DNA of 64,000 bases from an uncultured Gemmatimonadaceae bacterium (GTDB lineage Bacteria; Gemmatimonadota; Gemmatimonadetes; Gemmatimonadales; Gemmatimonadaceae), in the NCBI GenBank assembly GCA_963829055.1, contig CAWHHI010000012.1:504696-568695 (forward strand), written 5' to 3'. Positions 1-9,686 of this stretch are shown piece after piece. A model generated the notes under the pieces. It saw only the letters and a list, made by a program, of their open reading frames with translations, had not been told where the DNA came from and did no database searches. The translations under genes were made by a program, and so were the position numbers. The first letter of the stretch is position 1. Every line of letters starts with the position of its first letter.

Positions 1-517
1 TGCCCTTCCCCTCGTAGCGGATGGAGATGTTGTTCGAGGCGTCGAACTCGCGCTGGGTGTCGTAGTCGACGTCCACGTGGACACGGTCGGCGACCGTACC
101 CCGCGTGAGCAGGTTGAACTGAAAGTCGAACGTCGGTTGGAAGCTGCCCTGGCAGCTGAACGCGGTCGCGAACAGTTGCGTGGAGCCACACCGGTCGTTC
201 TTGACCTGCTCGCCCTTGACCTCGAGCCGGGAGTTCAGCCGCAGGTCCAGCTTCTCGAAGCCTGGCGGCAGCGACCCGGCCAGGTTTCCAGCGCTGTCAG
301 TCTTGGCGCGCGCTGTGTCCCGGGTCGCGCGGCCGGCGGATCGTGTCGCCGGGCTGGCGGATCGTGTCCCGCGGAGCGCTCCGTCCAGTGGTGTCTCGAC
401 GGACCGTGTCCTGGACCGCGCTGACACCATCGGCGCGTCTCCGTCCCCACTCGCCCACGCGACCGACGGCAGGCACGCGAGGACGGCGACCAGACCAACC
501 GAGAGGACGCGCACCAA
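1..517 (-). CDS. sprA: SprA/Sov-like outer-membrane protein (T9SS translocon family), N-terminal part, runs off the window
   Basis: Manual translation (not in ORF track): signal peptide VRVLSVGLVAVLACLPSVAWA, then ...FDFQFNLLTRGTVADRVHVDVDYDTQREFDASNNISIRYEGKG, resembling the SprA N-terminal motif. Confidence 0.6.
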   Translation of the reverse strand, partial: MVRVLSVGLVAVLACLPSVAWASGDGDAPMVSARSRTRSVETPLDGALRGTRSASPATRSAGRATRDTARAKTDSAGNLAGSLPPGFEKLDLRLNSRLEVKGEQVKNDRCGSTQLFATAFSCQGSFQPTFDFQFNLLTRGTVADRVHVDVDYDTQREFDASNNISIRYEGKG

Positions 518-734
518 ATGACGAGAGGAGGGTAGCAGCTAAGGCGTGCGAGATTGGAGGGAGGTCGGGACGCGGCACACGAAGCCTCACGCGGACCTTG
601 AATTCACCCTCTGGGCGGGTGGAATATTCTGGCTGCCCTACGCCCTTCTACGACAGGGGCTGAGCCAGGTTCCCGTGAGTGTCCGACGTAACCTTCGCCA
701 GCTACCCTGACGGCCCGAGCGAGCTGATCGTCGC

Positions 735-2590
735 GTGAAGATAATCAACAAGTATGTGCTGCAAGAGCACGTCGGGCCGCTCGTGTTCGCCCTGACGGCG
801 CTCACGTCGCTGCTGCTGCTCAACTACATCGCCAAGCGATTCGGTGACCTCGTGGGCAAGGGCCTCGGCTGGTGCGTCATCGGCGAGTTCTTCCTGCTCT
901 CGGTCCCGTTCACCGTCGCCATGACGCTGCCGATGGCGGTGCTCGTGTCGACGCTGTACGCGTTCAGCCGCCTGGCGGCCGAGAACGAGATCACGGCGCT
1001 CAAGGCGAGCGGCGTCGGCATGACGCGCGTGCTCGTGCCCGGTGCTCGTTGCGGCGCCACGGTCATGGCCGTGTTCATGCTCTTCTTCAACGATCAGGTG
1101 CTGCCGCGCGCGAACCATCGGCTCAGCACGCTCCAGCAGGACATTGCCCGCAAGAAGCCGACGTTCGCGCTCAAGTCGCAGGTGCTCAACGAGGTGTCGC
1201 CGGGCAAGCTGTTCGCTCAAGGCCGACTACATCGATCAGTCCACGAGCTGGCTCCAGGTCGTCACGATCTACGACTTCTCCGACCCGTCCGGCGCCGGAC
1301 GATCTATGCGGACAGCGGCAAGATGGAGCTGGTCGGCGACGATCTCCTGCTGACGCTGCTACAGCGGCAACATGCAGGAAGTGCCGAAGAACGATCCGAC
1401 GCAGCTGCAGCGCCTGTTCTACGACATCGACCGCGTTCGCGTCGCGGAACGTCGTGAACTCGCTGACGCGCTCGGACAGCGACGAACACGTACAAGGGCG
1501 ACCGCGAGATGTCCGTCTGCGAGATGCAGAAGGAGTTCGCGTCGCACGAGCTGGACTTCGCAGGTGGCGCAGCTACTCGCTGGAGCACGCGCTGGTGTCT
1601 GCCGTACGCGAGCTGACGACGGGCACGCCCGCCGTTGCGCTCGAGCCGACGTCGTCGATGCCGCCGTCCGCCGGCATCGAGACGAGGCGAGCTCGCAGGC
1701 CGGGCACACGCTCGCTCCCGCGCGGCTTCAAGCCGCAGCTGTCACGCACGCATTGGCGGCGCGTACTGCAGCCTCATGCGCGAAGTTCGAGAAGGCGAAG
1801 CTGCCGCCGCTCGTGAAGTCGGCGAGTGCGGCCGAGCCTCCGCGCACAACAGCCAGCGCAGGATACGGCGCAAGCAGCACGACTCGGCGCCACAGCGCGC
1901 ATACTCATGGGCGGGGCCAGCACCGGAGCCGTCACCGACGCGCGCCCGTTCGAAGTCCGCCACGTGGGCGCGCCTAACGGTGCCAGCCGCCGGGGTCGCG
2001 GTCGTACCGGGCGCCGCCGATCGCGCCAGCCGCGCGCCGGTGCCCGCGCGACTGCCGGTTCCACCGCGCTGTCGTGCCAGGCGTTCATCCCTGTCGTACC
2101 GCGGGAGCCGACGTCAGCCGCCGCCGTGCTCGACGTCGACTGCGGCGATCGAGACGGCTCGCGGCCGCATGCTCGAGAACCGGACGACGATGAACCGCTA
2201 CGACGTCGAGATTCAGAAGAAGTTCGCGCTCTCGGCGGCGTGCATCGTGTTCGTGCTCATCGGCGCGCCGATCGCGCTGCGGTTCCCGCGCGGCGGCGTC
2301 GGTCTCGTGATCGGCGTGAGCCTCGGCGTCTTCGCGATCTACTACGTCGGCCTCATCGCGGGCGAATCGCTCGCGGACCGCGCGTTCCTCACTCCGTTCT
2401 GGGCCATGTGGGCCGCCAACGTGATTCTCACGATCGTCGGGCTCGTTGCTCCTGGCGCGCATGGGACGCGAGGGCGCGACGTCGCGCGGCGGAGACCTGT
2501 CGGAGCTGATCGACGCGCATACGTGCCAACCTCGCGAAGCTCGGGCGCCGGATTGGCTTCCCCGCCGAACGCCGCCACCGGACTGCCTGA
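735..2590 (+). CDS. lptF: LPS export permease LptF (several apparent frameshifts)
   Basis: MKIINKYVLQEH..., RLAAENEITALKASG, EIQKKFALSAACIVFVLIGAPI spread over ORFs 735, 1042, 1372, 1635; TGATG junction with the next gene at 2588-2592. Confidence 0.85.
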
Positions 2591-3690
2591 TGCGACGACG
2601 GACTCATTCGACCACTCGACCGATACGTCTTCTCGGAGTTCTGGAAGATCTTCATGATGACGGCGTTGGGATTCCCACTGCTGATCATCATCATCGATCT
2701 CACGGACAACCTCGACAAGTATCTCAACCGCCAGTTGCCGCGGTCGATCAGATCGCGCTGAGCTACCTGTATTTCATCCCCGATTCGATGTTCCTCGTGA
2801 TGCCGGCCGCGGTGCTGTTCGCGACCGTCTTCTCGATCGGCGCCCTAACGCGGCACTCCGAGATCACCGCGGCGAAGGCGTCAGGCATCAGCTTCTACCG
2901 CCTGACGCTGCCGATCTACCTCGGCGCGATCTTCGCGGCCGGCGCTGGCCCTCGCGCTCGGCGAGCTCGTGCCGATCACGAACTCCAAGCGCGCCGATCT
3001 GCTCGAGGAGAAGAAGTTCCGGCCGGGAAGCGATCGCTACAACTTCGCGTTCGCGGCCGAGCGCGGGCGCGTGTACAAGATCAGCTCCCTGAACGCCGAG
3101 AAGGGCAAGCTCGAGGGGCATCGAGATCGAGCGCAAAGGGCAAGGGGCTCGACTATCCGACGTACGTGCTCACTGCCGATCAGGGCGACTGGAACGCGAA
3201 GCGTGGCTGGGCGCTGACGAAGGGCGCGATCCATGTGATTCCCTCCGATACGCTCGCGGACGTCACGTTCGCGTTCGACTCGCTCCACGATCAGTGCAAT
3301 GCGTGAGGCACCGACCGGAGCTGATCGCGACGCCGAAGGCCCCGCAGGAGATGGGGTATCGCGCGCTGAGTCGCTACATTGCGTCGCTCGAGCGGTCGGG
3401 GGGCGACGCGAACGAGCTGCGCGTGGAGCGCGCGCTCAAGATCGCGATTCCCATCACCTGCATCATCATCGCGCTGTTCGGCGCGCCCCTTGCCACGAGC
3501 ACGCAGCGCGGCGGTGCCGCGTACGGCATCGGCATCAGCCTCGCGACGACGGTCATCTTCCTGATGCTGATCCAGCTCACGAAGGCGGTCGGCGGAAAGG
3601 GTCTCATCCCGCCGGAGGTCGCGGCGTGGATGCCGAACGCGGTGTTCGCGATGATCGGCACTGGTGATGCTGGCGAGGGTGAGAACGTGA
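2590..3690 (+). CDS. lptG: LPS export permease LptG (frameshifted)
   Basis: PLDRYVFSEFWKIF; RHSEITAAKASGISFYRL; KIAIPITCIIIALFGAPL; AAWMPN; split over ORFs 2446, 2969, 3294. Confidence 0.85.
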
Positions 3691-3692
3691 TC

Positions 3693-3813
3693 ATCGGGAA
3701 TGGGGAATCGGGAATCGGGAATCGAAAACCGCACGTGGCTACACGCGCGAGACACCGCGCAGCCGCGCGGTCTGCGCTAGCCGATTCCCGATTCCCCATT
3801 CCCGATTCCCGAT
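3693..3813. repeat. Inverted pair of heptamer arrays (GGGAATC)n ... (GATTCCC)n
   Basis: atcgggaatggggaatcgggaatcgggaatcg at 3693-3724 and cgattcccgattccccattcccgattcccgat at 3782-3813. Confidence 0.9.
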
Positions 3814-4662
3814 GACATTCGGCGCGCATTACGAGCACCGCCCAACCGAAGCGTTCCCCGTCATGCAGCGGACGGGGATCAAGTTCTTCCGGAAGGTCAC
3901 CCAGGGCGGGGCGCGGCATCTTCGCCGGCATCGGCCAGCGCGGCTACTTCATCCGCGACATCTTCCGCGCGTTCTCCGAGCCCGCCACGTGGGGCCGCGA
4001 GACGCTCGGGCAAATGCGGAACATCGGCGTCGACTCGGTGCCGCTCGTTATGATCGTGGCCGGGTTCCTCGGCGCGGTGACCGCGTTCCAGGCGTTCTAT
4101 CAACTCTTCGCGGGTGTCCAGCTTTCCGTGCTCGGTCTCCTCGTGCGCGGCAGCATCGTGCTCGAGCTCGGGCCGCTGCTCACGGCACTCGTGCTCACGG
4201 GCCGCGTCGGCGCGCGCATGACCGCGGAGATCGGCACGATGCGCGTCACCGAGCAGATCGATGCGCTCGAGACGCTCGCCTACGATCCGATCGCGTACCT
4301 CGTGGTGCCGCGCTTGTTGGCGGCGCTGCTCATGCTGCCCGTCCTCACGATCATTGCGAACGCGACGGCGATCGTGCAGCGCGTGGCTGACGCTCATCAT
4401 CGCCACGACCGCGACGACGAACGACTACGTGACCGGCTTGCGTCTCAGCTTCGCGCCGTTCCAGGTCGTCTACAGCGTGATCAAGGCGGTGTGCTTCGGT
4501 GGCGCGATCGCCATCGTCTGCTCGTACGAGGGCTACGTGACGGGTGCGGGCGCCGAGGGTGTGGGGCGGTCGACGGCGAAGGCGGTCGTCATCGCGTCGA
4601 CGTCGATCCTGGTGCTCGACGCGATCGTCGCGGCGGTATTTGCCCAGTTCATCGCCGCCTAA
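3812..4662 (+). CDS. mlaE: MlaE-family ABC permease (frameshifted)
   Basis: ELGPLLTALVLTGRVGARMTAEIGTMRVTEQIDALE; GAEGVGRSTAKAVV. Confidence 0.88.
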
Positions 4663-4690
4663 CGAACGTGTCGTTTCGATACGTCGCCAG

Positions 4691-4843
4691 TGTCATTCCG
4701 AGCGCGGTCTTGTCATTCCGAGCACAGCGCTCGCGACATGGGGCGTCGCGCCCGACCCGCTAAAACCGCCCGACACGGTTTCGGCCTGACGATTCCGGAA
4801 CGACACCTGCTAGGATTCGTCAGGCAATGGTCCCGGAATGACG
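4691..4843. repeat. REP/MITE-like palindromic element with GTCATTCCG...CGGAATGAC ends (degenerate copy)
   Basis: Two tandem tgtcattccgagc starts (4691, 4711), inner cctgacgattcc/ggattcgtcagg stem, end cggaatgac; same ends as the element at 42553. Confidence 0.65.
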
Positions 4844-4862
4844 TAGTTCCAACCAATCCACT

Positions 4863-5744
4863 ATGAAACGACGAGACGAAGTTCTCGTCGGCATCCTGCT
4901 CACGGTCGGCGTTGTCATCGGCGTGCTCGGCACGATCTGGCTCGTGCGCGGCGGCTTCTCGAGAGGCTACCCACTCTACTCCCGCTTCAAGTGGGGCGCC
5001 GGTGTGAAGCAGGGACAGCCCGTGCGGCTGGCCGGCGTGCAGGTGGGCGTGGTGTCGGACGTCGAGCTCGACCCCAAGGGCACGATTCTCGTCACGATGA
5101 GCATCGAGAAGGTGTACTCGGTGCCGCGGAATTCGGTCGCCGCGGTGGTACCGGTCGGCATCTTCGGCGATCAGGAGATCGCGCTGACGCCGGCGGAGCC
5201 GAGCCCGATCTTCCTTCAACAAGGGTGACAGCGTTCCGCCAGCACTGCCAAAGGCAGGGCTTCCCGAGCTGACGGCGCGCGCCGATACGATATCGCAGCG
5301 GCTCGATGACGTCGCGAAAGCGGTACAGGTCGAGCTCGTCGCGGGCGGCGGCATCGCGGACCTCCGGAAGACGCTCGCATCGACCAACGACCTCGCGCGC
5401 TCCCTGAGCGTGATCGCCACCGAGCAGTCGCGACAGCTCTCGCTCACGCTGACGCGCTTTCGGAACACCGCGGCCGCGCTCGATTCGACGCAGCTCGATT
5501 CGACGCTGCGCAATCTGCAGCTGACGTCGCACAATCTCGCGGCGTTCACGGACTCGTTGCGCGGTACGGCGCAGCAGCTCAACCGGTGCTCGCGAAGGCG
5601 AACACGGGTGATGGAACGTTAGGCAAGCTGCTGAACGATCCGGGCCTCTACCACGACCTCCGCCGCCTGACGACTCGCCTCGACTCGCTGACGCTGGACT
5701 TCAAGAAGCACCCGAGGCGGTACATCAATCTCGAGATCTTCTAG
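4863..5744 (+). CDS. mlaD: MlaD/MCE-family protein (frameshifted)
   Basis: N-terminal TM, GVKQGQPVRLAGVQVGVV MCE motif, helical tail GTLGKLLNDPGLYHDL...KHPRRYINLEIF. Confidence 0.85.
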
Positions 5745-5812
5745 TCGCCAACCGAACGGCTTTCACTGCGGCGGACGTCGACGGACTGGTCGACCGCCGA
5801 TCGAAGTCGAAC

Positions 5813-5929
5813 GGCGAACGGATACCTCGGATCGAGCTGATTGATTCCGCAGTGGCGGGACGGATGCTGGCGCAACGGGCTGTTCGGCCATTCGGAGTCA
5901 GATCCGTAGATCCGGCAGATCCGTTCGCC
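5813..5929. repeat. REP-like inverted repeat built from gatccg units
   Basis: ggcgaacggatacctcggatc ... gatccgtagatccggcagatccgttcgcc. Confidence 0.55.
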
Positions 5930-6007
5930 CCCTTCGTCTGAGGGGCCGGCTGAAGTAGTCCTCCGGCGGTGAATTGGCAGTGCGCCGCAGTGGACCATAG
6001 CACCGAG

Positions 6008-6048
6008 ACCCCTCGCGGCGCGCTCGAATCGAGCGCGCCGCGAGGGGT
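6008..6048. terminator. 20-bp-arm palindrome between convergent genes, likely bidirectional terminator
   Basis: acccctcgcggcgcgctcga-a-tcgagcgcgccgcgaggggt. Confidence 0.7.
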
Positions 6049-6098
6049 TCCAACATCAGGCGAGTAGCGCCTAACGGTGCCCCACGTCCACCGCTCCG

Positions 6099-9000
6099 TT
6101 AGAAGCTGTACCGCATTGACACCTGCGTGCGCCAGAAGTTGCTGACCGTCGCGCCCGGGGCATACTCACCGCCAGCCGGCGGCGTGAACTGCACCACCGG
6201 AATCGCCGAGTTCGCGTTCACGTTGCCTGTGACCACGCCACCCGTGCCGACGTAGCCGACGTGCGTCACGAGCGGGACGTTGCTGTTCGTCGTCGTCGGG
6301 GTGACGAATGCGCGACCCCACTGCTTGTTCAGCAGATTGCCGAAGTTGAAGATGTCGAGCTGAATGGAAAGCCGCTGGTCGGCGATCAAGGGCAGATTCT
6401 GGCGGATTGCCAGGTCGACCTGACTCACGAACGGCTGACGGCAGGAGTTGCGCTGCAGGATCTCGCCGCGGTGATCCTTGAGACACTCGGAGCTGTTGAT
6501 GAATGCGTCGAAGAGCGATGCCTGCTGCGCCGCCGAGCTCAGAACCGTCGTCACACCACCCGTCGTGCGCGTGATGTCCCGGAAACGGATCTCGTTCTGA
6601 TCGCCGACGTTCCTCGGAATGTAGATCAGATCGTTGCCCTGTACGCCATCACCGTTCAGGTCACCGGCACCACCGCTGCCGCCGTAGATGTAATCGTGCG
6701 GCGGGCCCGACGCGCCCTGGTAGAAGACAGAGAAGTCCGTCGCGAGCTTCTTCAGCCAGTTGAGCGTGTACGTGCCGCTCGCGAGAATCTTGTGCGGCTG
6801 ATCGAAGAGACTGATGCCGGTGAACGCATCTGCCTGCGGCCCGGAGAGCGTACGACCGAACTGCCAGTTCGAGATCGCCGTGCTCGACGTGAAGCTCTGG
6901 ACGTCGCGAGCGCGTGAGTACGTATACGCCAGCATCCCCTCCCAGTTGTCCGAATACCGCTTCCGCAACTGGGCGGTGAGGTTGTACGCGAAATCCTTGC
7001 TCTGATTCCGAAGATCGATCGCCGTGGTGAACCGCGCCGTACCACCATTCGCCGCGACAGCCGGCGGGAGGATCAGCGTCCGGTTTCCGTTCGCGGCGGC
7101 GACGGTCGTGATGTAGAGCGTGCGCCCGCCCTGCCCCGTGCCCTGCGGCGCGGTGACGTTCTCGCTCACCGTGAACAGCTGGTTCAGCGTGCGCGAATAG
7201 AGGCCCTCGAGCGTACCCACGAGGTTCCACGGCAGACGGCGGTCGTACGCGAGCGACACGCGCAGCGGCTGCGGGAACTTCAGATCCTTCGCCAGGAAGT
7301 TCACGTCGCCAATGGGCTTCGCGCCCGACCCGTTCCGGCACGTGTTGATGTTGGTCGGATCGACCTGGAACGCCGGTGCTGGCGTCGTCGCCGTGTTGCA
7401 GTTGAGGAACGTGATGATGTTGCCCGAGTTCACGTATGCGTTCTCGAGCCACACGTACGGCGGCGTGCCGACGAAGAGCCCGGCGCCACCGCGGAGCTGA
7501 TTCGCCTGATTGCCCGTGATGTCCCAGTTGAAGCCGAGACGCGGGGAGAACTGCAGCGACGTCCCCGGAATGTCATCCGTGCGACGGCCATACGCGGAGT
7601 CGATCGGGGCGTTGTACGCGACGTCCTTGAGGAACGTGCTGAAGTCGAAGCGCATCCCGGCCGTGACGGCGAAGCGCGGCGAGACCTGCCACTGATCCTG
7701 CGCGTACACCGCGTTCTGCAGCGCCGAGAAGTAGACGTTGCCGTCGTCCGAAAGCACGATCGCCTTGCGGAAGGTATTTGGATTGCCGGCAGCGAGACTG
7801 TCGAGGTTACGGAAGCTCCACACGCCTAACGAGCTCTGCGTGAACAGGTTCCGAAGCCAGACGTACTCGTTGCGCGACCCGACGGTGATCGTGTGGTTGC
7901 CCTTCGGGGCGAACGTGTAGTTCTCCGTCAGCTCCATCGTCTCCGTATCGAGCTGATTGCCCTGCGAGAACTGATCGGCCCCGGAGATGATCGTGGCGTT
8001 CCCGTTAGGCCCGACGACGCCGCCGCTGTTGATCGTGACCTGCGGGAAGGTGCTCTGGGGATCGCGTCGGTTGTACCACTTGTTGTAGCCGAGGAACAAT
8101 TCGTTCGACGCGCCATTCTTGAAGTTCGAGAACAGCTGGAGCACCGGCGCGAGCTTCGTGTTCGTGAAGTCGTGGAAGTTGCTCGAGTACACCGCCGTCG
8201 TCGGGCTGCGGTTGTTCTGCTGACGTAGCCGCTCGCCCTTCGCGTAGTTGAAGCGGAACACGAGACGGTTCACGTCGTTTACGCGATAGTCGAGCCGCGC
8301 GAACGCGTTCGACAGCGGGTTGTCGATGTTGGTGTAGCCGGCCGTCCCGAGGCTCGTCGCGCCAAGTCCCGCCATGATCGTCTCGAAGCGCTGGCGATCC
8401 GCGTCGTTGACCGGAAACGCCTGGGGCGATCCGGCAGGCTGACCAGCGTACGGACCTGTGACCGGCGACTGCTCCTTCTGAAATTCCGGCGCGATGAAGA
8501 AGTGCAGCCTGTCCTTGATGATCGGGCCGCCGAGCGAGAACCCATACTGTGTTCGCTCGAACGGCGTCGCACGGAGAATGTTCGTATCGGCGCCGAACTT
8601 CTCGTTGCGATAGAACCAGTAGGCCGAGCCCTGCAGGGTGTTCGTCCCGCTCTTGGTGACGGCGTTGAGCAGCAGACCGCCGAAGTTGCCCTGCCGAACA
8701 TCGAACGGTGCGAGCAGCACCTGAAACTCCTTCACCGCTTCGATCGACACGTTCTTCGCATTCACCTCGGCGCCCGGCGCACCGGTGGAACCGAGACCGA
8801 ACACGTCACGCTCGCTCGCGCCATCGATCTGCACGTTGTTCATGCGGTTCGACATGCCACCGCCGGAGTAGCCTGGTCCCGACGCGGACACCTGCGGCGT
8901 CAGCCGGATGAAGTCCGTGAGGTTGCGGGTGAGCGTCGGGAGACGCTGAATGGCCGTGTCCGAGACGATGGCCTTCGTGCCCGTGTTCGTGGGCGAGAAG

Positions 9001-9401
9001 TCCGCCGCCGTCGAGGCGACAACGGTCACGCCGGAGAGTGTGGTCGCGGTCTGTCCGAGTTTGAAGTCGAGGCGCAGGGCCTGACTGAGGGCGATGTACT
9101 GGTTGTCGCGGAGGTCCTGCTGGAAACCAATGCGCCGCGCAACGACCTCGTACGGCCCACCGACCTCGAGACCCTGGATGAAGTAGCGACCGTCCTCGCG
9201 ACTCAACGCGCCCGTCACGAATCCGGTCGCCTTGTTCCGCACTCGGATCTGCACGGCGTCCAGAGGGCGCCCGCCACTGTCGGTGACGAACCCGGTCACG
9301 GCTCCGGTCGTGATTCCCTGCGCACCGGCACGAGACATCAACGCGCCGGCCGGCAGCATCGCAGCTGCGGCGAGCACCGAGATCAAACGATGAATACGCA
9401 T
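6099..9401 (-). CDS. Oar-like TonB-dependent receptor with N-terminal carboxypeptidase-regulatory-like domain
   Basis: Signal peptide MRIHRLISV...; GGPYEV; EAVKEFQVLLAPFDVRQGNFGG..NAVTKSGTN; SPRLGFNWD; C-terminal RYSF. Confidence 0.9.
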   Translation of the reverse strand: MRIHRLISVLAAAAMLPAGALMSRAGAQGITTGAVTGFVTDSGGRPLDAVQIRVRNKATGFVTGALSREDGRYFIQGLEVGGPYEVVARRIGFQQDLRDNQYIALSQALRLDFKLGQTATTLSGVTVVASTAADFSPTNTGTKAIVSDTAIQRLPTLTRNLTDFIRLTPQVSASGPGYSGGGMSNRMNNVQIDGASERDVFGLGSTGAPGAEVNAKNVSIEAVKEFQVLLAPFDVRQGNFGGLLLNAVTKSGTNTLQGSAYWFYRNEKFGADTNILRATPFERTQYGFSLGGPIIKDRLHFFIAPEFQKEQSPVTGPYAGQPAGSPQAFPVNDADRQRFETIMAGLGATSLGTAGYTNIDNPLSNAFARLDYRVNDVNRLVFRFNYAKGERLRQQNNRSPTTAVYSSNFHDFTNTKLAPVLQLFSNFKNGASNELFLGYNKWYNRRDPQSTFPQVTINSGGVVGPNGNATIISGADQFSQGNQLDTETMELTENYTFAPKGNHTITVGSRNEYVWLRNLFTQSSLGVWSFRNLDSLAAGNPNTFRKAIVLSDDGNVYFSALQNAVYAQDQWQVSPRFAVTAGMRFDFSTFLKDVAYNAPIDSAYGRRTDDIPGTSLQFSPRLGFNWDITGNQANQLRGGAGLFVGTPPYVWLENAYVNSGNIITFLNCNTATTPAPAFQVDPTNINTCRNGSGAKPIGDVNFLAKDLKFPQPLRVSLAYDRRLPWNLVGTLEGLYSRTLNQLFTVSENVTAPQGTGQGGRTLYITTVAAANGNRTLILPPAVAANGGTARFTTAIDLRNQSKDFAYNLTAQLRKRYSDNWEGMLAYTYSRARDVQSFTSSTAISNWQFGRTLSGPQADAFTGISLFDQPHKILASGTYTLNWLKKLATDFSVFYQGASGPPHDYIYGGSGGAGDLNGDGVQGNDLIYIPRNVGDQNEIRFRDITRTTGGVTTVLSSAAQQASLFDAFINSSECLKDHRGEILQRNSCRQPFVSQVDLAIRQNLPLIADQRLSIQLDIFNFGNLLNKQWGRAFVTPTTTNSNVPLVTHVGYVGTGGVVTGNVNANSAIPVVQFTPPAGGEYAPGATVSNFWRTQVSMRYSF

Positions 9402-9686
9402 GTGTGATGGAGAAGAGTTTGATTCCGATCCCGCGGAGCAACCGCCAGTTGCTGACGTCGGGAGATGACGCGTACTGAGGGAGGGCCACGCCTGACCCAT
9501 CGCTTCGGGGATAGGCGGATTCGTCTGCGGCGTTTCGGCCTGTAGTAGCGGCGCGGCGGGCCCGTCGTAGGGCACGTCCGCCCTTTGTAACGAACGCGGG
9601 CAAGCTAGGTGTCCACAACCCGCGTGGTCAAGGTAAAAATGTGATCGAGCGCACTCGTGACCGGGCCGAGACGCTGCACGGGATGA

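Noticed and set aside
735..5744. Many frameshifts in lptF, lptG, mlaE and mlaD (also aquaporin, ABC ATPase, acnA, lipoprotein) as pseudogenes or programmed frameshifting
   Set aside because: They hit core genes, cluster toward the window ends and show no shared slippery motif; sequencing/assembly indels are the simpler explanation.
9402..9686. Riboswitch (cobalamin/TPP) in the TonB-dependent receptor leader
   Set aside because: No consensus elements recognised on the minus strand.
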